This document shows, in pieces, positions 13,247-25,480 of a stretch of 64,000 bases of DNA. The notes beneath the pieces were generated by a model. That model saw only the letters and a list, made by a program, of their open reading frames with translations, made no database searches and was not told the DNA's origin. Source of the stretch: Azolla caroliniana (taxonomy: Eukaryota > Plantae > Polypodiophyta); contig JBHGNT010000013.1 of NCBI GenBank assembly GCA_043228905.1, forward strand, positions 19,654,001 through 19,718,000, written 5' to 3'. Positions within the stretch are counted from its first letter, which is position 1, and each line of letters starts with the position of its first letter. The position numbers were made by a program, and so were the translations under genes.

Positions 13247-14893
13247 CTTCCTCGTCTCTGTGTAACAGCTCTTTCTGCCGTTGTTGTCGCCGTTTATTGT
13301 CGTCCTCGTCGTCGTCGCCGTCGTCTGCAGCCGGTGTCTGTTGCCGACTGTTGCTGTCGTCGTCTGATGACTACCGTTGTCTGTTGTCGTCGCCGTCTGC
13401 TACTATCTGCAGCTAACGTCTGCCGTCGTTTGACGACTGCCACCGTCACCGTCGCCGTCGCGGGGTGTTTCTTCTCCATTTTCTCTTGACGTTGTGAAGT
13501 GCCATTTTCTTGACAAGTTCGTGGGTGGGTTCTTTTGGTGTGCTCGTCGTGTGCTACAAAATGCCGATGTGATTGCGACATACACACAAACTCGGCTAAG
13601 TCTCGAACCCATTTATTTTACCTTTTTTTCTTATTGACACCACAATGACGTCTAAACGAACTAAGGAACATAAGGATATACAAGACGAGGCTATAAGTAA
13701 GGAGCACTTTTTAGATATGTTTAATCGTTTAACAAAAATAGAGATGGATATGAAAAAATGGGTGAAAGACGCCGAAACCCACAAGAAAAAAGATAGAGAG
13801 GAAAAAGACGCCCTCAAGGCCGAAATAGAACAACTTAAAGTGGAAAACACCGACCTTAAAAAACAACTTAAGGACATCGAGGTATCTCGAGAAGACGGTG
13901 AAATATCCTCTATAGAGGATATAAAGGACGAAATTAAAAAAGTTAAAGAGGAAGTTAATAATAACATAGAGTTAGCTAAAACGGGTTGGGTAGATGTGGT
14001 TAAAAGAAACATTAAATAAGAAATAAAAGATGAAAATATTGTTAATACCACCCTTGAAGAAGAGAAAATGCGTCAGGCCCGACGCTTAAATGTACGTTGT
14101 CGTGAAGAAAACCGTTCATAGGCGGAATCGGCGCACCAAGGCGTGGGAACCGGTTCTTCACGCGCGCACGCTCCAAGTTGTACATAGAAGCGAATTAGGA
14201 GGATAATCGGCAGGAACGGGCCCTAACACAAGTGGAGACAAAGACCGCGCGAACAGTCTTTTCGGTCGCGCGCGCGAGCTAAGGAACTGTACGAGTCGGC
14301 GACGTAACTACGCGGGTGCGTGAAGAACGGAGCGGATCCCTGCTCGAAAGGGACAGGGAATAAAGCTGACATGACGGCCTGCTCGTCGGCCTATATAAGG
14401 AGCAGGAAAGAGCTGTTGCAGGGATCTGGCGCAGAGAGGACGAAGTGCTGTCGGACCGTTTCTGGACGCTTCTCTCTCTGTTTCCTTCCTTCTTGAGCTC
14501 GATAGCTTTTCTGTGCAGGGTTCCGAGGAGGCTCGCGCTGTTTCGAGGAACGCCCGAGTGCTTCCGGCAGCACCTCCGACCTGCTACCCCTTTGTGCGTC
14601 GAAGCGAACAGGCATCGGCATCTGTTCGCCGGCCTGTTCGGTTGTAGCCAACCTGTGCCCCATCGAGGGTTGTAGTCGTGTTAGCCATTTTGTTAATATA
14701 CATATTTAGTCATTCGCATCTGTCTGTGTCGGTGTCTGTTCGCGTTCTCCGTGCTGAAGGGCCGTGTCCCTGTGTATCCCCGGTCCTGCGTAGCCGGTTC
14801 TCTCTCTTTCTCCTCCCTCGCTTGCTCTTTGGTTCGAGACCCCCGCGGTCCCGCCTCGTTTCCACACGCACTTGCGTAATATCTCGACATCTT

Positions 14894-14910
14894 TGGTGAA
14901 CCCGACGTGA
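14894..14910 (+). promoter_or_regulatory. Primer-binding site complementary to tRNA-Trp
   Basis: TGGTGAACCCGACGTGA is the reverse complement of the plant tRNA-Trp 3' end (TCACGTCGGGTTCA-CCA); the same site is in copy 2 at ~34823-34839. Confidence 0.85.
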
Positions 14911-14933
14911 AGGAGGCGGCAGAAGAGCAGAAG

Positions 14934-17900
14934 ATGAGGGGGTCGGATCTTGCAGAGGCCATGGCTTCGGCCGTGGACCGGATTGTAAACGCGCACGAGG
15001 GCACCGGTGCCCTCGACAGAGCCATTGAGGCGGTCGTCGGCACGATCGGCCGGTTCGATGGGAAGGATGCCACGAAGTATTTGGCGTCCTACGGTCCAGA
15101 GATGCTGATGCGGGACATTCCGGAAGAAAGGCGTCTTGCCGGATTTCCCCGAGTGGCGATGCTGAGCATCCATGCGGAGGTGCTCGAGGTGCGGGCGGAG
15201 AGTCGTACCTGGGAGGAGTTCGAAGGTCGGCTCCTAGAGAAATACGGGCTGGACGACGCGCTCCGGCTTTCGAAGCGAAGGTTCATGGAATGGGTGGAGT
15301 CCCCGGGGAAGGGAAGAAACGCGTCGGCACTCCTCCGGGAGTTCGAGGAAAACTTTGCGCGCCTTTCGGCGCTCGACCGAACCATCCTGGACACGAGCCG
15401 GGTCTTGCTGTTTGTCAAGTCGGTCGACGAGCGGGATCGGGAGCAAGTGGGCCTCTTGCTGGAAACCGAAGACGGGCTCACTACCGACTGGGCGGCTGTC
15501 AAGAAAGTCTGTGGCCGTTTCGACAAACGGCGAGAATGGGCGGATAACGGGGCAACCGGGTCGGGCTCGGTCGCAGCAAGGGAGCTCGAACCAGCGCCAC
15601 AGGTGCGAAAGGAAGAGACCCGAGAATGGTTGGAAACCGGTTCGGCTTCAATCGGCGTAGTCAAAGGCTCAACCGGAGGAGCGGCGCTGGAGGAATTGAC
15701 GAGGGCGATAAAGGACCTCCAAATCGCGCAAGCCCGAAGGGAAGGTGGCGAACCGGCTCGTGACCGACGGCCGGCGGCAGGAAACAGGTGCATGTGGTGC
15801 GATGAAGTCGGCCACATTCGGAAGGACTGCGGCGACTTCGCGGAGGCGCTGAGGAACAGGGTGGTGTACCTGTGGGAAGGACGGGTGCATGCCAGCGACA
15901 CCCGAAGGGCCCTGAGCCGAAACGACGGGCGAGGTGGTATGAAAAGGTTGATGGAAGAGGCGGCGGCCCGACACGCGGAAACCGTCCACTACTCGGCGTC
16001 GGCCGGCATTCGAGTCGGGGGCGGCGAGGCCCGAAGGGAAAGCAAAGCCGGATTCTGGCCGACGATGCTGGAAGGCCTTGCCGGTGCAAGGCTTAAAAGG
16101 GAGGAATCGGACCGTGCGGAGAAACGGGTACGGGAGATGACCGGGTGGAGCGACCCGGTCGAGGAAAAGACGGGCTTCGTGGAAGCCGCTTGCCAGAACT
16201 ACGAGGCTCTGGTAGAAGAGAAGCGGGTGGGGAAACCCGGGACGACCGGGCCCTCACAACGATACGAGACCCGGTCCGGGCCACGACGGGACGAAACCGG
16301 CGGGGCCGGTACGCAAGATAAACCCCAGAAGGGCAGGTACCGTCTGGGGACGGAGATAGAAAGGACCACGGACTTACGAAAGGTCCTGGAGGAACGGATC
16401 CTCGACAGCAAGGTGGAGCTGTCGTTACAAGAGGTGCTGGGAATCGCCAAGAAGGAGTTCCACGACTCCATCGTGGACTTGGTAAAACGGAAGAGGCTGT
16501 CAACGGAGACAGAACTGGAAAGACCGGTGGAAGTGCGGACGACGCACCTAGACGACATGGCGCTGGGAGACGAGTGGGCGGAAAGCCACTATTCGAGACC
16601 ACACTGGGCCCGAGCGACCACGGAAACCCCGGTGAAGATCGGCGATGTCCAGGAACCGGTGATAGCTTTGGTGGACCACGGATCGGAGATCAATTTGATG
16701 TCCATGGACTTCTATAAGAAGGGCAGATGGCCGATCAACACCAAGCACGGGTGGAAAATAAGGGCAGCAATGCGCGCCACCGAGGAACTGCACGGGGCCT
16801 GTCCGAATGTGCAAGTCAAGATCGGCGACGTCGAGATTGACCAGCACTTCTTCGTGCAGGAGACGTCTTCGCATCCGGTCATACTGGGAGAGCCGTACAT
16901 CACGGCGGCGCGAATGGAGACCAAGGTGCTGGACAATGGTTCAGCCTACGCGAGGGTCAAAAGCCAAGACGGGCGCCATTCGGTCCAGTTTCTGACGGTA
17001 CGGCCGAACCACGAACGTAACCGCGACTCCCTGGAACCGAGGGGATTTTTAGAGAGGACTGCCAAGGCGTGGGGCCGCGACAGTCTGGATGCTCCGGGAA
17101 AACCCCACATCTGTACGATAAAACCGTGTACAATAGGTAGGAAATTTTGCTTCTCCGACAGCGGAGCATGTACGATGGTCGGCATCGCCGGCCGAGAGAA
17201 AACAAAGACGGAGGGGAGACTTCGAGCGTGCGGAGTTCTCGGCCCTGACGAAGAAATCAGTGGCACCGTGGAGGCGGTCTCCTTCGACGACACCTTGGGA
17301 ATGCTGGGGAAGGTAGTCGAAGAAGACCTTAACGAAGACCGGACGATACCGGTATGTTCCGAAGAAATGTACGAAGTCATCGCGGACTTTGGTCAGGGGC
17401 TCGAGTCGGATCGGACGGCCCGAGTAAGCACCAAGTACAAGACCGTGGACCGGAAGGTAAGGCCAGTCGCGGTACCGTTACCGGAGGGCAGCGAGTCGCG
17501 AATCAAAGGGGTTGCATCGGACCCCAGCTTACGAGATCCGGCCTGTATAGGACACACCTTCACCAACGAGACGCTCCGAGAGCTCAAAATCGGTGGGGGC
17601 GGGTTCCTACTACCGGCGGAGGAAGACCGGTTTCGGAGAATGCTCGGAAGGCACGGGAAAGCCTTCGCATTCTCACCGGAGGAAATCGGGTGCGTAGACC
17701 CGACGATCGTAGAGCCAATGGTGATATTCACGGTACCGCATGTACCGTGGAATCTCAAGCCAATTCCGGTTCCGAGAGCTCACATCCCGAAGTTGATGGA
17801 GTTGTTGAAGCAGAAAGTTGATATGGGCATTCTCGAGCCGTCGAGCGCCCCATATTCAAACCGATGGTTTACCGTACCAAAGAAAAACGGATCGTTGCGC

Positions 17901-20531
17901 TTCATTCAGGACCTGCAGCCGGTCAACAGAGTGACCATTCGGAACGCAGGGATCGGACCGACCATAGACGAGTTCGCGGAGGCCTTCGCCGGAAGGTCGA
18001 TTTTCTCGGTCGGTGATCTATACTCAGGGTACGACCAGTTCCAGCTAGCCGTGGAAAGCAGAGACATTATGACGATGCGAACTCCCCTCGGCCTAGTGCG
18101 GATGTGTACGCTGCCGCAAGGAGGGACCAACTCGGTGGCCCACATGGTGAATGCAATGAACAAGGTGCTGAGGGACTGCATCCCGGACATCACCATGCCG
18201 TTTCTAGACGACATCCCGATCAAGGGATGCCCGGTAGAAGAGAAGGACGAGACGATCAGGCCGGACGGATGCCGGCGATTCGTGATGACGCACATCGACG
18301 ACTGCGAGAAGGTGCTGCAAAGGCTAGAGGATGCGAGGCTCACCTTCTCGGGGGAGAAGTCAGCCTTCGGGCAGTCAGAAATCATGGTGGTCGGACATTT
18401 ATGTGGACCATATGGCCGGAAACCGTCTCCGGCAAAGGTAGAAGCCATCTCCGCGATGAAGCCTGATTGCAGCTCGGTCACGGAAGTACGAAGATTCTTG
18501 GGAGCATGCGCCTTCTACCACATATGGATCCCGCATTACGCGCACGTCGCGGAGCCGCTGTACGGATTATTGAAGAAAGGGCGAAGATTCGAATGGCTAG
18601 ACAAGCACACGGAGTCGGTCCGGAAGCTGAAGGAGGCTCTTTCGGCAGCACCGGCGCTCCGAAAGGCCGTCTACAGGAAGGGCACCCCAGTGTACATAAC
18701 GGTTGACACGAGTCCGACCGGAATCGGGTGGGTCGTCAACCAAGAAGACGAGGACGGCAATCGGTTCCCGATCCGATTCGGCGCGAAGGTCCTCAGTGAG
18801 CGGCAGCGAGGATACGCCCAGGTTAAACGCGAACTCTGGGGTATCGTTTCGGCGATGAAGGCCGACAAGGACTATCTGATCGGGACAGAGGTAATCATAG
18901 AGACGGATTGCATGCCGATTCTCGGCATGGTTTCCGGATGCGCGACGCCGGACCTGGCAATGCTCAGGTGGATAGCGTACATCAAGTCCCTGGACCCGGA
19001 AATACGACACATTTCCGGGAAAGACAACGCCATGGCCGACATGCTTTCAAGCGCGAGATTCGATGACGAGGGCGGCATGGTTTCGGAGGACGAAGAGGTC
19101 GGCGTGGACTTCTTCGAGGCAGCATACGTAACAACCGGCGGGACGAGCACTCCGGCGCTTAACGACTTTGACGCGAGCAAGTACGACGGGGAGTGGCTGC
19201 AGATCGGCGGGTTCTTGAGGACAATGGCGCCGGATGCGTCATGGACGAAAGACGAGGCCAACCGGATCCGGAAGAAAGCGTACCGGTTCTTTCTCCGGGA
19301 TGGCTATCTATGGAAGCACCCGAAGAAGAGGGACGGCGCTCCGCTCCGGGTGGTGGCGATGAAGGAAGAACAGGAGGAGCTGCTGACGGCCTACCACGAC
19401 AGCCCTTGGGCCGGACACCGTGGAACTTGGGCCACGTTCGAGAAGATAAAGGAGAAGTACTGGTGGCCGGGACTGTACCGGGACGTGCATCGATTAGTGA
19501 CAACTTGCGAGAGCTGTCAGATGCACTCCGTGGTCCGACACCGGGACGAGCTTCACCCTACGTACCCTCCGACCATCCACTTCAAATGGATGGTAGATCT
19601 GGTGACGATGCCAATGGGGGTAGGACAGATGCGGTACCTGGTCCTAGCGCGGGAGGATCTGACGAACCAGGTGGAAGGCCGGGCCCTTCCGAACAAAACG
19701 ACCGCGGCCGTATGTCGGTTCCTAATCGAGGACGTGATATGCCGGTACGGGTGCGTCGGGAAGATCGTGGCCGACCGAGGGGAGTTGGACGCCGAAGAAG
19801 CCGCGGAGCTGTTCGACCGGCTGGGAGTCAAGCTCTCGCTCACCACTGCGTACAATCCGGAGGCGAATGGAAAGGTGGAGCGCGGACACGGACCGATCGT
19901 CAAGGCGTTGGTTCGAGCATGCGGAGGCCAAGTCGGTAACTGGCCGCGGCTGCTACCTTATGCTTTGTGGGCAGACCGGACCACGCACAGTTCGGTAACC
20001 GGGTACATGCCGACGGAGCTCATGTTCGGCCAGAAGCCGATCATGCCGATGGAACGGACGATCTCCTCGTGGGCAACGGTCGACTGGAGGGACGAGATGA
20101 GCCGGGAGGAGTTGTTGGCCGCGCGTATACGACAGCTCGAGCGGAGACCGGAGGACGTGGAGCTGGCTGCGGAGAAGCTCCGGGTGGCGAGGACAAAGAA
20201 CAAAGCCAGGTTCGACCGAACGCACCGGCTCCGACCGAAGAAAATCGACGAAGGTGACTGGGTGCTCGTCTACGACAGCAGCCTCGACAACCAGCACCGA
20301 GCTACACGGAAGTTCGCACGAAGGTGGTTCGGGCCTTACGTGGTACGGAGCGCCAATGACAACGGGACATATCACCTGGCGGAACTAGACGGCACGAGAA
20401 TGGCGATACCGGTTGCAGGGAAGCGGATCAAAGCGTTCAAGAAGCGACACGACGACGAGCCAGACCCGGCTCTCCTAGTCAGCAGTGACGAACGATCCGA
20501 AAACGAGGAAGAACCAACGGGCGAGGAATGA
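14934..20531 (+). CDS. Gag-PR-RT-RNase H-integrase polyprotein (one frame in this copy)
   Basis: CCHC CMWCDEVGHIRKDC; protease LVDHGSEIN; RT DLYSGYDQF, LPQG, FLDD; RNase H VDTS; integrase HHCC, DDE and GPY; no chromodomain. First ATG at 14934; the track starts at GTG 14907. Confidence 0.92.
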   Translation: MRGSDLAEAMASAVDRIVNAHEGTGALDRAIEAVVGTIGRFDGKDATKYLASYGPEMLMRDIPEERRLAGFPRVAMLSIHAEVLEVRAESRTWEEFEGRLLEKYGLDDALRLSKRRFMEWVESPGKGRNASALLREFEENFARLSALDRTILDTSRVLLFVKSVDERDREQVGLLLETEDGLTTDWAAVKKVCGRFDKRREWADNGATGSGSVAARELEPAPQVRKEETREWLETGSASIGVVKGSTGGAALEELTRAIKDLQIAQARREGGEPARDRRPAAGNRCMWCDEVGHIRKDCGDFAEALRNRVVYLWEGRVHASDTRRALSRNDGRGGMKRLMEEAAARHAETVHYSASAGIRVGGGEARRESKAGFWPTMLEGLAGARLKREESDRAEKRVREMTGWSDPVEEKTGFVEAACQNYEALVEEKRVGKPGTTGPSQRYETRSGPRRDETGGAGTQDKPQKGRYRLGTEIERTTDLRKVLEERILDSKVELSLQEVLGIAKKEFHDSIVDLVKRKRLSTETELERPVEVRTTHLDDMALGDEWAESHYSRPHWARATTETPVKIGDVQEPVIALVDHGSEINLMSMDFYKKGRWPINTKHGWKIRAAMRATEELHGACPNVQVKIGDVEIDQHFFVQETSSHPVILGEPYITAARMETKVLDNGSAYARVKSQDGRHSVQFLTVRPNHERNRDSLEPRGFLERTAKAWGRDSLDAPGKPHICTIKPCTIGRKFCFSDSGACTMVGIAGREKTKTEGRLRACGVLGPDEEISGTVEAVSFDDTLGMLGKVVEEDLNEDRTIPVCSEEMYEVIADFGQGLESDRTARVSTKYKTVDRKVRPVAVPLPEGSESRIKGVASDPSLRDPACIGHTFTNETLRELKIGGGGFLLPAEEDRFRRMLGRHGKAFAFSPEEIGCVDPTIVEPMVIFTVPHVPWNLKPIPVPRAHIPKLMELLKQKVDMGILEPSSAPYSNRWFTVPKKNGSLRFIQDLQPVNRVTIRNAGIGPTIDEFAEAFAGRSIFSVGDLYSGYDQFQLAVESRDIMTMRTPLGLVRMCTLPQGGTNSVAHMVNAMNKVLRDCIPDITMPFLDDIPIKGCPVEEKDETIRPDGCRRFVMTHIDDCEKVLQRLEDARLTFSGEKSAFGQSEIMVVGHLCGPYGRKPSPAKVEAISAMKPDCSSVTEVRRFLGACAFYHIWIPHYAHVAEPLYGLLKKGRRFEWLDKHTESVRKLKEALSAAPALRKAVYRKGTPVYITVDTSPTGIGWVVNQEDEDGNRFPIRFGAKVLSERQRGYAQVKRELWGIVSAMKADKDYLIGTEVIIETDCMPILGMVSGCATPDLAMLRWIAYIKSLDPEIRHISGKDNAMADMLSSARFDDEGGMVSEDEEVGVDFFEAAYVTTGGTSTPALNDFDASKYDGEWLQIGGFLRTMAPDASWTKDEANRIRKKAYRFFLRDGYLWKHPKKRDGAPLRVVAMKEEQEELLTAYHDSPWAGHRGTWATFEKIKEKYWWPGLYRDVHRLVTTCESCQMHSVVRHRDELHPTYPPTIHFKWMVDLVTMPMGVGQMRYLVLAREDLTNQVEGRALPNKTTAAVCRFLIEDVICRYGCVGKIVADRGELDAEEAAELFDRLGVKLSLTTAYNPEANGKVERGHGPIVKALVRACGGQVGNWPRLLPYALWADRTTHSSVTGYMPTELMFGQKPIMPMERTISSWATVDWRDEMSREELLAARIRQLERRPEDVELAAEKLRVARTKNKARFDRTHRLRPKKIDEGDWVLVYDSSLDNQHRATRKFARRWFGPYVVRSANDNGTYHLAELDGTRMAIPVAGKRIKAFKKRHDDEPDPALLVSSDERSENEEEPTGEE

Positions 20532-21764
20532 AGACGGGCCGGTTTTCTCCGTCCCAACTCTCTTGGCGCATACCGGAGGATGCGCGGTTAGGTGGGGGCG
20601 GATGTCGTGAAGAAAACCGTCCATAGGCGGAATCGGCGCACCAAGGCGTGGGAACCGGTTCTTCACGCGCGCACGCTCCAAGTTGTACATAGAAGCGAAT
20701 TAGGAGGATAATCGGCAGGAACGGGCCCTAACACAAGTGGAGACAAAGACCGCGCGAACAGTCTTTTCGGTCGCGCGCGCGAGCTAAGGAACTGTACGAG
20801 TCGGCGACGTAACTACGCGGGTGCGTGAAGAACGGAGCGGATCCCTGCTCGAAAGGGACAGGGAATAAAGCTGACATGACGGCCTGCTCGTCGGCCTATA
20901 TAAGGAGCAGGAAAGAGCTGTTGCAGGGATCTGGCGCAGAGAGGACGAAGTGCTGTCGGACCGTTTCTGGACGCTTCTCTCTCTGTTTCCTTCCTTCTTG
21001 AGCTCGATAGCTTTTCTGTGCAGGGTTCCGAGGAGGCTCGCGCTGTTTCGAGGAACGCCCGAGTGCTTCCGGCAGCACCTCCGACCTGCTACCCCTTTGT
21101 GCGTCGAAGCGAACAGGCATCGGCATCTGTTCGCCGGCCTGTTCGGTTGTAGCCAACCTGTGCCCCATCGAGGGTTGTAGTCGTGTTAGCCATTTTGTTA
21201 ATATACATATTTAGTCATTCGCATCTGTCTGTGTCGGTGTCTGTTCGCGTTCTCCGTGCTGAAGGGCCGTGTCCCTGTGTATCCCCGGTCCTGCGTAGCC
21301 GGTTCTCTCTCTTTCTCCTCCCTCGCTTGCTCTTTGGTTCGAGACCCCCGCGGTCCCGCCTCGTTTCCACACGCACTTGCGTAATATCTCGACAACGTGT
21401 CACTGGGCTCAAGGAAGGTGCATCCCCAAATGAGGATGCACAAACACTTGGGAAAATGTTAGGGTACACAGAGGCCCTACCTATCACCAAAGCATGGAGG
21501 GCCGGGCATGACACAACTAGGAAGAGAGCCTTAGTCCTTCAATTTAAAGACTTAGACTCTAGAATCACTTTCTTTAAGAAGAGACCAATCCTTCGAGGAA
21601 TGGGTGGGGACCCCATCTATCTCGATGAAGACCTCACTAAGATGCAAATTGAGCATCGCAAGAGTTGTATGCCACGAGTTATGCAAGCTCGTAAAGAAGG
21701 CCATCGCGCCTTTTACCGAGACGGGTGAGTGATCATAAATGATCGCACTACTAATTGACAGTGT

Positions 21765-24700
21765 GTGGCTCATGTGACAGAAAATGCACTTAGGATGACC
21801 TTATGGAATTGTAACGGCGCACTCTGGGCACACCCCGGCCGCCTAGAGGAGATACTAAAGGTATCTGATATACTTTTCTTGGTAGAAACACATCAGAGCC
21901 CAAATAGAGGACTCCCACGGGTCGAAGGACTCCGTTGGGAGTCCGCTTTTAGACAAACCTCACGTCGACACACTACTGGGGGATCTTGAGGTGTCGCGAT
22001 ACTGTTTCATAGAGAGCTACATAATAGGATAGAAATAATGAAGATAGACCCAGAAGCTCGTTTTATGTGGGTGAAAGTCTCCACAAGCAAAGACCAAGCA
22101 GTATTTTTCGCCATTTGTTACTTTCCCCCAAAAGGATCCCGTTATAATATTGGTGGCTTGGCGAGATTAGTTGATGAAGGAATGCCACATGGGCCTTCCC
22201 CATACGAACCCCTATCGGATGACATAATCCGATATTCTTCCCAAGGAGAAGTATTTCTTGTAGGAGACTTCAATGCGAGAACCCAATCCTGACAATGCAC
22301 AGTATTTCAGATGAATAGAAACCTAGAAATGGTAAATGTCGATCCTTTAGACATAGGCACCACACGTAGATCAAAGGATCAAGGTGCGGACACCACGAGC
22401 TTTGGCCATCATCTGTTCGAACTTGGCAGTCGGCACCGGATGGTCATATATAATGGTTTAGCTAAGTGGCCGGGCTCGGAAGAGCTCACATGTTTCCCAC
22501 ATGGAGGAGGGGAAAGCACAGTTGATTATCTAATAGGACGCCCTGAAGCTACCCACATGATTAACTCCTTCCGAGTGGCCCCATGCCCTATTGGCGCAGA
22601 CTATAGTTTCTTATACTTCGAGCTAAAATGTGATATCACTAATGTCACCAAGTCTGGTCAACCATGCCATCACACCACAATACATTTCACACATGAGCTC
22701 TCTGACATATACTCTCAACATGTTCAGGCCCATCTCCCCTCCCTTGATCCCTCCCTACCGTTAGAAAGCCTTAGTACGAAACTCACACACATCCTTCACT
22801 CCGCAGCAGCTAGCAATTTCCCATATACAAAACACTCAAATCAAGGTAGATCAGGATCAATGCCACAAAATAAATGGTATGATGAGGATTGTAGGGACTT
22901 ACATAGACAACTTACAGTATCGCAACTTAATGGTAGTATTACCTCCATACAAGCTCGCAAAGAAATGCGCAAGATGACACGTCGTAAGAGACGAGCGTGG
23001 GAGGCATCCCAATATTGGGAACTCTACCATATGCTCATGAGTGGCGATTGCGCCACGGCATGGAAGAGACTACAGGAGCCAAGACCACAAACACCCATCG
23101 AAGATCCCGAAACTTGGCACACATATACAGAGAGACTTTACCAAATCCCAAACCAACCACCCATTCCAATGCCTTCCACACCCCGGCCTACCACGGGGAC
23201 ACTTTTCACGACCTCTAGGGTCGTGAAGGTCATAAAGAAATTACAACATAGGAAGTCCATGGACCACACTGGATTGCGAGCAGAACACATTATATATGCG
23301 AGAGAGTACCTAGCTCCCTTGCTAACTCTAATCTTCAATCGTGCCCTTGCGGAGGGTTTTCCACCACAATGGACTATGAATACAGTGGCCCCCATACATA
23401 AAGGGGGGGACCCCATGGACCCAAATACATATAGGACCATTATGATAGGCCATACCCTTGCTAAGTTATATGGTGCAGTAATGGAAGCAGAGCTTAGCGA
23501 CTATATGGAGACCCTAAACCTTCGTGCACCTGAACAAGCTGGCTTTAGATGAGCCTTCTCCACTATTGATCATATCTTCACACTTAGATGCCTAATTGAC
23601 CAAACTAAGGCTCTCAAGAAGAAATTATATTGTTGTTTTGTGGACTTCCGCAAAGCCTTTGACACAGTCCCTAGAGAGCGGTTGTTTGATAGACTTAAAA
23701 GCTTGAGGATACCAAATGATATGGTATGGGCCATCTACGCACTATATGAACAAGTGTTCGGGTGTGTCCGATGCCTGGTGGCCTAGGTGTAAAACAAGGT
23801 TGCCCCCTATCACCGACACTTTTTGGGATCTACATTGATGAGATCATAGATTTTATTGCTCGTGAGGGAGGCACCGGAGTGGTCCTTGGGGATACGCAAG
23901 TTCGTATCTTCCTCTATGTGGATGACATAGTTTTGCTCTCTGAATCCGAACACGACCTACAAAGGCACCTTAATACCTTAGATGACTTTTGTGTACAACG
24001 AGGATTGGTAGTGAATCTAGGGAAAACGAAAGTCCTTATCTTCCACACATCGGCCCAAGTTAGAGTTAAGTGTCACCTAACTATCTCCCATAGCCCAGTT
24101 GAGGTGGTTGAATCATACGTCTATCTCGGAGTCACTTTTAGTGCCCGCTCAGGTAAATTTTCGATGACACGGGCAACAAAGGATAGACTCACGAGAGGAC
24201 ATGCATCCCTCTCACTCCTAGAGAGACAATGCCACCAAGCACACTTTCAAGAGCCAGGGACTAAAGGGTGGCTCTTTGACTCATTAGTGACCCCCTCCCT
24301 CATGTATGCATCAGTGGTTTGGGCTCCGGGACCATCTTTCATGTGGACGCAATTAGAGAGACCATTGGTGATGATGCTATCATGCCAACTCCGAAGCAAA
24401 TCGATTGTACCACATGACATTATTAGGGCTGAGTTCACGTTACCCCCAATGTTAGTAGAGGCACTTTTTCAACTTGTAGTCTTCATTCACAGGATACATA
24501 GCCAACCACATGATAGAATATCTCATCAAGCCTTTAAGGCCTCTCGATCATTGTATGAGTCCGGCTATACTAGCTCATGGTATGGCATGATGGTGAGTTG
24601 GCTTCTTGAGAATGGTCTAGACATTAATAACCTACCTCCCCTTAGGTACAACCACACGAGTGATAACACTTTAATCTCTCATGAGGACCGCAATAAAGTA

Positions 24701-25480
24701 ATACGCCAAGAAATATTGCAAATTTACACTCGGTGTAAATGGATCACCCCACTAGAGCCACTCCCATCTAAAATGTCGTACTATAAGAAACACTTCATGC
24801 ACTTCTCTGAGTTAGGTTTTATCACACGGCCAAAATATCTACATGTATTCTTACCACATGCACTAAGGGTTGCCATTGGACAACTTAGAATATCATCTCA
24901 CCAACTTGAGATTGAGAATGGCCGTACTAGTGGAGTCCCTAGGGAGGAAAGGATATGTAGGTTATGTCACATAGAGATAGAGGATGAGTACCACTTTACA
25001 TGCAAGTGGCCAACCTATGCCGAGATAAGGGCAAAATACCAAGACATACTTGGTTCTTCTCCCACCCTCCCCAAACTATTAGATACTCTAGATATAAAGA
25101 AATTAGGCAAATACATTCTAGAGCTAAAACAACACAGAGAGAATAAGTTACAAAATGTTGACAATAATGTTGCTAATGATCACGAACATGTAACAAATGA
25201 AGTTTTTCAGGAACAAGGGGAGACAACGAATGTCGACACACTTGCACCACTCGGCCTTTCCATTGATGAGGCAGAAAACCAGAGAAGAACCAGACGTCCT
25301 CGGGTGCTGGGTTTCAAAGCAACTCGACGTGATGTGGAAGCAATATTGAAAATAAGGGAACGTGAGCTACACCGCCTAGAAGCCATGGCTAGGGCACTCT
25401 CTACATTGGAACCATGGGTCACACCCACATCAAGACCCTTTGACCCCCCACTTCTTTTCGAGAGGCTTGGGTGGAAATAA
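21765..25480 (+). pseudogene. LINE ORF2 (AP endonuclease, RT, C-terminal CCHC), copy A
   Basis: WNCNG, VETH, GDFNA, STVDY; EQAGFR, DFRKAFD, KQGCPLSP, YVDD, YLG; ERICRLC...HF; stops at 21987, 22290 and 23550, and a frameshift at ~23775. Confidence 0.9.

Larger units (their letters stand above)
14098..21394 (+). mobile_element. Young full-length GC-rich Ty3/gypsy element (copy 1)
   Basis: 792-bp LTRs 14098-14889 and 20603-21394 with no differences seen; 4-bp TSD ACGT; PBS 14894-14910; PPT aggtgggggcgga at ~20590-20602. Confidence 0.97.
13645..21758 (+). pseudogene. LINE ORF1 (coiled-coil), split by the 14098-21394 insertion
   Basis: RRLNVR|VTGLKE is restored across the insertion; IYLDEDLT motif; in-frame stops at 14017 and 21726. 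Confidence 0.75.

Noticed and set aside
15089-20375. Many overlapping and antisense ORFs in the GC-rich gypsy copies (also 32168-35497)
   Set aside because: Expected shadow ORFs of GC-rich coding sequence; no recognisable motifs.
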